Positions 26,619-32,000 of a stretch of 32,000 nucleotides of DNA are shown piece by piece. Every line of letters starts with the position of its first letter. Position 1 is the stretch's first letter. Below the pieces are notes generated by a model. That model did not search any database and was not told where the DNA came from. It saw nothing but the letters and a program-made list of their open reading frames with translations. The position numbers and the translations under genes are program-made. Source of the DNA: Mycolicibacterium smegmatis (GTDB lineage Bacteria > Actinomycetota > Actinomycetes > Mycobacteriales > Mycobacteriaceae); contig NZ_LN831039.1 of the NCBI RefSeq assembly GCF_001457595.1, positions 1,830,001 to 1,862,000 of the forward strand, read 5' to 3'.

Positions 26619-27340
26619 ATGACCGGCTGCGCCGCGACGCCGTTGGCCGCGAAGTTCGCCAGGACGAACGAGCGGAATGTCCGGTCGAACAACAGGCTCG
26701 GCAGGAAGGTCCGCAGCGTCGGCCAGCTCGCGTGGTTGACCACGCTGTAGTCGGCGGGCTCACCGGGCAGCGGCCGCAGCAGCGTCGAATCCGGCAGTGC
26801 CGTGTGGTGCTGGAACCATCCCGCGGTGTACTTCCACACGGCCTGCACCGTATCGGCGTCGTCGCAGTGGAAGTAGTTGAACAGAAACCACCGGTCGTGG
26901 CTGTGGTCGACGTCGGCGATGCGGGCCGCGTTGTCCGCCGCGATACGGCGGGTGTGCCGCGCGCCGCGCCGCAGAACCGATTCCAGATCGCCGAAGGCCG
27001 GGTCGGCACGCACGGCGTCGACCGCGTCGATCGATACTGTGCGGATCAGCACCACGACGTCGTGACGCGCGGGGCGAACACCCGCACGGGCCAGCACATC
27101 CGACCCCTCGCCGGGTGGGCGCAGCACCGCGCGGAACACCGCGGCCTCGACGACGTCGTCGCGGCGGGCGAGACGTTGCGTCAGCTCGACCGCGCGGTCC
27201 ACGGCGCGGCGCCGGTTCGCCGACGGTGCCGCGAACGGCCCGACCCATCTGCCGAATTCGGCTGCGAGCATGACGAACCCGTGGTCGGTGGGCGTGATCA
27301 GTTCGACCGGGACGGCCAGGGTGTCGTTGACGAGTTTCAT
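26576..27340 (-). CDS. Conserved hypothetical protein, 254 aa, downstream of the flavin monooxygenase
   Basis: Complete ORF on the same strand and 24 bp downstream of the FAD monooxygenase; no family recognised by eye. Confidence 0.72.
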   Translation of the reverse strand: MKLVNDTLAVPVELITPTDHGFVMLAAEFGRWVGPFAAPSANRRRAVDRAVELTQRLARRDDVVEAAVFRAVLRPPGEGSDVLARAGVRPARHDVVVLIRTVSIDAVDAVRADPAFGDLESVLRRGARHTRRIAADNAARIADVDHSHDRWFLFNYFHCDDADTVQAVWKYTAGWFQHHTALPDSTLLRPLPGEPADYSVVNHASWPTLRTFLPSLLFDRTFRSFVLANFAANGVAAQPVIYRRAGVATSAASV

Positions 27341-27364
27341 GATTCTCCTTCCGTGGGACGGGGG

Positions 27365-28513
27365 TCAGCGACGGTCCAGCCCGGACAGCCGCCAGGCCAG
27401 TGCGCGCCGTACGGCGGGCAGGGATCCCGCGGCGCGCATGATCCGGTTGCGCAGCGGACGTTTTCGCGCCGACGCGGTCGCGAGATCGGTGAGCCGTCCG
27501 GTGGCCGCGACGATCTTCTGTGCGGTGCGACGACGGTCGGCCGCGTAGTCGTCGAGCGCGGTGTCGGGGGCGCCGTCGAGCACCTCCGAAAGCGCCCCGG
27601 CGAGCATGACGGCGTCTTCGATGCCGAGGTTCATGCCCTGCCCGCCGGCAGGGGAGTGCACGTGCGCGGCGTCGCCGGCCAGCAGAATCCGGTTGGCGCG
27701 GAACGTGTCCGCGACCCTGTGGTGCACGCGGAACCGCGAACTCCACACCACGTCCCGGACCGCGGCGGGTGACGCGTGCGGGCCGCGCTCGTCGAGCAGG
27801 CCCTGCACGAACGCCGCATCGGGGTGTGCCTGCGCCTGCTGCGCGTCGACGGTCGCGACGATGCGGTGGATGCCGTCGGGCAGCGGTGCGACGACCACCA
27901 GGCCCGCGGGGGAGAAGTACAAAATCACCTCTTTGGTGGGGATGCCGCCCGAGAGCCGGACGTCGGCCAGCACGAACGATTCGGCATATGTGCTGCCGCT
28001 GAACGGAATCCGGGCCGCCTCACGCACCGTGCTGTGCATGCCGTCGGCGCCCACCACATATCGCGCGCGGATCCGCTGGCCGTCCTCGAAGGTGACCATC
28101 GCGTGCGTGCCGTGCTGGGTGACCGAGGTCACCGTGGCGGGCCGGATCACCTTGCCGCCGAGGGCTTCCAGACGCTTGAGCAGGAATGCCTCGGTGTCGG
28201 CCTGCGAGATCATCAGGGTGTAGGGGTAGGCGGTGGGTAACCGGCCGAACGGCACCTCGACGAGCAGTTCGTCGCGGTCCCGGATGGTGAACGCCGGCGT
28301 GTGCACACCGCGGTTCACCAGGTCGTCCACGACGCCGTAGGGCTCGAGCAGTTCGAGCGTGCGGGCGTGCACCACGGCGGCGCGCGAGGTGTTGGCGCCC
28401 TCGGCCTGGCCGTCGACGACGGTCACGTCGCGGCCCTGCTGGGTGAGCACCATCGCGGCGGCGAGGCCGACGGGGCCGGCCCCGACGATCAGGACATCAG
28501 TTGCGATTGTCAT
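27365..28513 (-). CDS. FAD-dependent aromatic/antibiotic-type monooxygenase (PF01494-like)
   Basis: 382 aa from MTIATDVLIVGAGPVGLAAAMVLTQQGRDVTVVDG; YVVGADGMHSTVR; RILLAGDAAHVHSPAGGQGMNLGIEDAVML. Good ribosome binding site AAAGGAG. Confidence 0.92.
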   Translation of the reverse strand: MTIATDVLIVGAGPVGLAAAMVLTQQGRDVTVVDGQAEGANTSRAAVVHARTLELLEPYGVVDDLVNRGVHTPAFTIRDRDELLVEVPFGRLPTAYPYTLMISQADTEAFLLKRLEALGGKVIRPATVTSVTQHGTHAMVTFEDGQRIRARYVVGADGMHSTVREAARIPFSGSTYAESFVLADVRLSGGIPTKEVILYFSPAGLVVVAPLPDGIHRIVATVDAQQAQAHPDAAFVQGLLDERGPHASPAAVRDVVWSSRFRVHHRVADTFRANRILLAGDAAHVHSPAGGQGMNLGIEDAVMLAGALSEVLDGAPDTALDDYAADRRRTAQKIVAATGRLTDLATASARKRPLRNRIMRAAGSLPAVRRALAWRLSGLDRR

Positions 28514-28520
28514 CTCGACT

Positions 28521-28560
28521 CCTTTGTCAACACTTGTTGGCCAACGCTTGTTGACAAAGG
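28521..28560. promoter_or_regulatory. Palindromic operator 1 (probable TetR site) upstream of the monooxygenase
   Basis: CCTTTGTCAACACTTGTTGGCCAACGCTTGTTGACAAAGG; outer arms CCTTTGTCAACA/TGTTGACAAAGG and central GTTGGCCAAC palindrome. Confidence 0.8.
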
Positions 28561-28580
28561 TATGCCCGGTGAAAGGTGAT

Positions 28581-28610
28581 GTCAACACTTGTTGGCCTAC
28601 ACTTGTTGAC
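28581..28610. promoter_or_regulatory. Palindromic operator 2 (probable TetR site) abutting the tetR start codon
   Basis: GTCAACACTTGTTGGCCTACACTTGTTGAC, 28/30 identical to 28526-28555. Confidence 0.8.
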
Positions 28611-28611
28611 C

Positions 28612-29157
28612 ATGAGGCGATCGGCAGCTGAGACCAAGTCGGTGATCCTGGCCGCGGCCCGTGAGCGCTTTGCCGCCGACGGCTACGAGCGCGCCACGAT
28701 CCGGTCGATCGCGGCCGACGCGAGCATCGACCCGTCGATGGTCATGCGCTATTTCGGCAACAAGGAGCGGCTGTTCGCGGCCGCGGCCGAGTTCGACCTG
28801 GAACTGCCCGACCTGGCCCTGGTGCCGCGAGAGGAGATCGGCGCGACACTGGCCGGGCATTTCCTGGAGCGGTGGGAGCGCGACGAGGCGCTGCTGATCC
28901 TGCTGCGCGCGGGCGTCACCAACGAGGCCGTCGCCGAGCGCATGCGCACGATCTTCGCCGCGCAACTCGCGCCCGTGATCGCCAAGCTCACCGGCGGCGC
29001 CCCGGACGCACCGGTGCGGGCCAGCCTGGCCGCATCGCAGGTGCTGGGGATGGCGTTGTGCCGCTACGTGCTGGCGTTTCCGCCGCTGGTCGACATGTCA
29101 CGCGACGGCGTCGTCGCCTGGATCGGCCCGACGCTGCAGCGGTACCTGGTGGGGTGA
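28612..29157 (+). CDS. TetR-family transcriptional regulator
   Basis: 181 aa from MRRSAAETKSVILAAARERFAADGYERATIRSIAADASIDPSMVMRYFGNKERLFAAAAEFD. Confidence 0.94.
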   Translation: MRRSAAETKSVILAAARERFAADGYERATIRSIAADASIDPSMVMRYFGNKERLFAAAAEFDLELPDLALVPREEIGATLAGHFLERWERDEALLILLRAGVTNEAVAERMRTIFAAQLAPVIAKLTGGAPDAPVRASLAASQVLGMALCRYVLAFPPLVDMSRDGVVAWIGPTLQRYLVG

Positions 29158-29163
29158 GGCGCG

Positions 29164-29958
29164 TCAGAGACGCGCGATGACTGAAGCGAGCAGCGCGCCC
29201 ATGCGGGTGGCGGACTCGCGTCCGGCCTGCAGCACCTCGGCGTGGCTGAGCGGTTCTCCCGTCATACCCGCCGCGAGGTTGGTCACGAGTGACACCGCGA
29301 GCACCTCGGCGCCTGCCGCGCGGGCCGCGATGGTCTCGTGCACCGTGGACATCCCGACCAGGTCGGCGCCGAGGGTGCGCAGCATCCGGATCTCGGCAGG
29401 CGTCTCGTAGTGCGGTCCCGGCAGGCCGGCGTAGACGCCCTCGGCCAGCGACGGGTCGAACTCGCGGGCCACGGCCCGCAGACGCGGCGAGTACGCGTCG
29501 ACCAGGTCGACGAACTGTGGCCCCACCAGCGGGGAGCGCGCCGTGAGGTTCAGGTGGTCACTGATCAGCACGGGCTGGCCCACGGTGTACTCGGGCCGCA
29601 GCCCACCTGCGGCGTTGGTGAGCACGACCGTGCGCACACCGGTCGCGACCGCGGTACGTACGGGGTGCACGACGTGTGCGAGGTCGTGGCCCTCGTAGGC
29701 GTGGATGCGGCCGACGAGCACCAGCACACGGTGTTCGCCGATACGGACCGACAGCACCTGACCGCCGTGGCCCGCTGCGGTGGGCGGGGTGAATCCCGGC
29801 AGGTCGGCCATGTCGACCACGCCGACGGGGTCGCCCAATTCGGCGACGGCGGGCGCCCAGCCGGATCCGAGGACCACCGCGACATCGTGCTCGACGACGC
29901 CCGTCCGGTCGGCGATCGCGGTCGCGGCCGCCTGGCTCGAGGTATGCGGGTCGGTCAC
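29164..29958 (-). CDS. deoD: Purine nucleoside phosphorylase
   Basis: 264 aa; [93 protein letters not shown]. Confidence 0.95.
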   Translation of the reverse strand: MTDPHTSSQAAATAIADRTGVVEHDVAVVLGSGWAPAVAELGDPVGVVDMADLPGFTPPTAAGHGGQVLSVRIGEHRVLVLVGRIHAYEGHDLAHVVHPVRTAVATGVRTVVLTNAAGGLRPEYTVGQPVLISDHLNLTARSPLVGPQFVDLVDAYSPRLRAVAREFDPSLAEGVYAGLPGPHYETPAEIRMLRTLGADLVGMSTVHETIAARAAGAEVLAVSLVTNLAAGMTGEPLSHAEVLQAGRESATRMGALLASVIARL

Positions 29959-30005
29959 GGTAGGCGAGCTTAACGGGCCTGTTTCCCAAGTGAGATACTG
30001 CGAGA

Positions 30006-31190
30006 ATGTCCACCGCCACCGCTTCTCGCAGCGTCGAGGACGCCGTCAGACGGCGCAGCGGTGACCTGATCGAACTCTCGCACTCGATCCACGCCGAACC
30101 GGAACTGGCATTCGCCGAACACCGCAGCAGCGCCAAGACGCAGGCACTCGTCGCCGAGTACGGGTTCGAGATCACCGCGGCGGCCGGCGGGCTCGACACC
30201 GCGTTCCGCGCGTCCTACGGCAGCGGGTCGCTGGTGATCGGGATCTGTGCCGAGTACGACGCGCTGCCGGAGATCGGGCACGCGTGCGGGCACAACATCA
30301 TCGCGTCGTCGGCGGTCGGCACCGCGCTCGCGCTCGCCGAGGTCGCCGACCTGCTCGACCTCACGGTGGTGCTCGTCGGCACGCCCGCCGAGGAAACCGG
30401 CGGCGGCAAGGTCCTGCTGCTCGACGCCGGCGTCTTCGACGACATCGCCGCGTCGGTCATGCTCCATCCCGGCCCCGTCGACATCGCCGCGGCCCGGTCA
30501 CTGGCGCTGACCGAGGTGGCCGTGAGCTACACCGGACGGGAATCGCACGCCGCGGTGGCGCCCTATCTCGGGGTCAACGCCGCCGACGCCGTGACGGTCG
30601 CGCAGGTGGCGATCGGTCTGCTGCGCCAGCAGCTGGCCCCGGGGCAGATGGTGCACGGCATCGTCACCAACGGAGGCCAGGCCGCCAACATCATTCCCGG
30701 CCACGCCGAGATGCGATACACGATGCGGGCCGTCGACATGGCGGGGCTGCACGAACTGGAAAACCGGATGGCCGGATGTTTCGCGGCCGGGGCGCTGGCC
30801 ACGGGTTGTGAGCACGAGGTGTCCGAGACGGCGCCGGCGTATGCCGAGCTGAGGCCGGATGCGTGGTTGTCGGAGACCGTGCGCGCCGAGATGGTGCGGC
30901 TGGGACGGGAACCACTGCCGGAGAGTGTGGAGGCGAGTGTGCCGCTGGGCAGCACCGACATGGGCAATGTGACGCACCTGATGCCGGGGATCCATCCGGT
31001 GATCGGCGTCGACTCGGGCGGAGCGTCGCTGCACCAGCCGGCCTTCGCCGCCGCGGCGGCCGGGCCGAGTGCCGACAAGGCCGTGGTGGAAGGCGCGATC
31101 ATGTTGGCGCGCACCGTTGTCCAGCTGGCCGAGACCCCAGCCGAGCGTGACCGCGTGCTGGCCGCGCAGAGTCGGCGGGTGGCGTCGTGA
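30006..31190 (+). CDS. amiB1: M20-family amidohydrolase
   Basis: 394 aa; [57 protein letters not shown]; nucleoside-salvage neighbourhood order matches mycobacterial deoD-amiB1-amiA1. Confidence 0.9.
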   Translation: MSTATASRSVEDAVRRRSGDLIELSHSIHAEPELAFAEHRSSAKTQALVAEYGFEITAAAGGLDTAFRASYGSGSLVIGICAEYDALPEIGHACGHNIIASSAVGTALALAEVADLLDLTVVLVGTPAEETGGGKVLLLDAGVFDDIAASVMLHPGPVDIAAARSLALTEVAVSYTGRESHAAVAPYLGVNAADAVTVAQVAIGLLRQQLAPGQMVHGIVTNGGQAANIIPGHAEMRYTMRAVDMAGLHELENRMAGCFAAGALATGCEHEVSETAPAYAELRPDAWLSETVRAEMVRLGREPLPESVEASVPLGSTDMGNVTHLMPGIHPVIGVDSGGASLHQPAFAAAAAGPSADKAVVEGAIMLARTVVQLAETPAERDRVLAAQSRRVAS

Positions 31191-32000
31191 GCGTGGATCT
31201 GGGTGCGATCACCGACCGCTGGCTCGCCGAGCACTACGACGAGATGGTGGCCTGGCGCAGGCACATCCATGCCCACCCGGAGCTGGGACGGCAGGAGTTC
31301 GCCACCACCGAGTTCGTGGCGCGCCACCTCGCCGAGGCCGGGCTCAACCCGAAGGTGCTGCCAGGTGGGACGGGTCTCACGTGCGATTTCGGTCCCGAGG
31401 ACGGTCCACGCGTGGCGTTGCGCGCCGACATGGACGCGCTGCCGATGGCCGACCGGACCGGCGCGCCGTACGCGTCGACGGTGCCCAACGTCGCGCACGC
31501 CTGCGGTCACGATGCGCACACCGCGGTGCTGCTCGGCACGGCCAAGGTGCTGGCCTCGGCGACTGAACTCCCGGTCGGGGTGCGGTTGATCTTCCAGGCC
31601 GCCGAGGAACTGATGCCCGGCGGCGCCATCGACGCCGTCGCGGCAGGCGCGCTCAACGGCGTCACCCGGATTTTCGCGCTGCACTGCGACCCCCGCCTGC
31701 GCGTGGGCCGTGTGGCCACCAAGCCGGGACCGATCACCTCGGCCGCCGACTCGATCGAGATCACGCTGCACTCACCGGGCGGTCACACCTCGCGGCCGCA
31801 TCTCACCGGCGACCTGGTCTACGGGCTGGGGACGCTCATCACGGGCCTGCCCGGTGTGCTGTCGCGCCGCATCGACCCGCGCCACAACACCGTCATGGTG
31901 TGGGGTGCGGTCAACGCGGGCGTCGCGGCCAACGCGATCCCGCAGATCGGCACCCTGGCCGGCACGATCCGCACCGCGAGCCGCGACACGTGGCTGACGC
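31187..32000 (+). CDS. amiA1: M20-family amidohydrolase, N-terminal part (GTG start; runs off right edge, not in ORF track)
   Basis: Manual translation GTG AGC GTG GAT... gives [44 protein letters not shown]...ACGHDAHTAVLLG...FQAAEELMPGGA; GTGA overlap with amiB1 stop. Confidence 0.9.
   Translation, partial: MSVDLGAITDRWLAEHYDEMVAWRRHIHAHPELGRQEFATTEFVARHLAEAGLNPKVLPGGTGLTCDFGPEDGPRVALRADMDALPMADRTGAPYASTVPNVAHACGHDAHTAVLLGTAKVLASATELPVGVRLIFQAAEELMPGGAIDAVAAGALNGVTRIFALHCDPRLRVGRVATKPGPITSAADSIEITLHSPGGHTSRPHLTGDLVYGLGTLITGLPGVLSRRIDPRHNTVMVWGAVNAGVAANAIPQIGTLAGTIRTASRDTWLT

Noticed and set aside
28521-28610. Two large palindromes read as a CRISPR-like array or integron/transposon end
   Set aside because: Only two units, each a palindrome, sitting exactly at divergent start sites of tetR and its partner; operator pair explains them. 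No transposase, integrase or cas genes present.

Overview
This high-GC window has an organisation typical of a fast-growing mycobacterium (Mycolicibacterium smegmatis-like). That species call rests on recognised protein sequences and gene order, not on a database search. Main content, left to right: the N-terminal part of a class-III aminotransferase coupled to an Lrp/AsnC regulator and divergent from a gamma-aminobutyraldehyde-type dehydrogenase; a SigJ/ECF41-like sigma factor with a coupled PPOX/F420-type oxidoreductase; a carboxymuconolactone decarboxylase (CMD) gene; the sdhCDAB operon; and nucleoside salvage genes (cdd, deoA, add). These are followed by an Rv3311-like acidic protein, an EspC-like/NlpC-P60 pair, cupin, SDR and ECF sigma genes, a large LuxR (LAL) regulator, and a second SnoaL-fused ECF sigma factor. 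The right part has an orphan SdhA-like flavoprotein, upp, pmmB with a MarR regulator, an AbrB-type permease, a TetR-controlled flavin monooxygenase module, deoD, amiB1 and amiA1. No CRISPR array, phage, transposon or RNA gene was recognised. The strongest non-routine signals are: (1) a 529-bp perfect tandem duplication that adds a truncated second copy of add; (2) a full ECF41-type promoter motif (TGTCACA-N16-CGTC) exactly placed for a leaderless CMD transcript, just beyond a long GGAA-loop hairpin ending the sdh operon; (3) a pair of 30-bp near-identical palindromic operators between the TetR gene and the flavin monooxygenase; (4) a deoA reading frame whose conserved N-terminus lies upstream of any standard start codon, behind an in-frame TAG; (5) an IdeR-box-like sequence between sdhC and cdd; (6) an orphan SdhA-like flavoprotein; (7) a T7SS-like EspC/NlpC pair. 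I did not find convincing evidence for a wholly new defence or mobile system.
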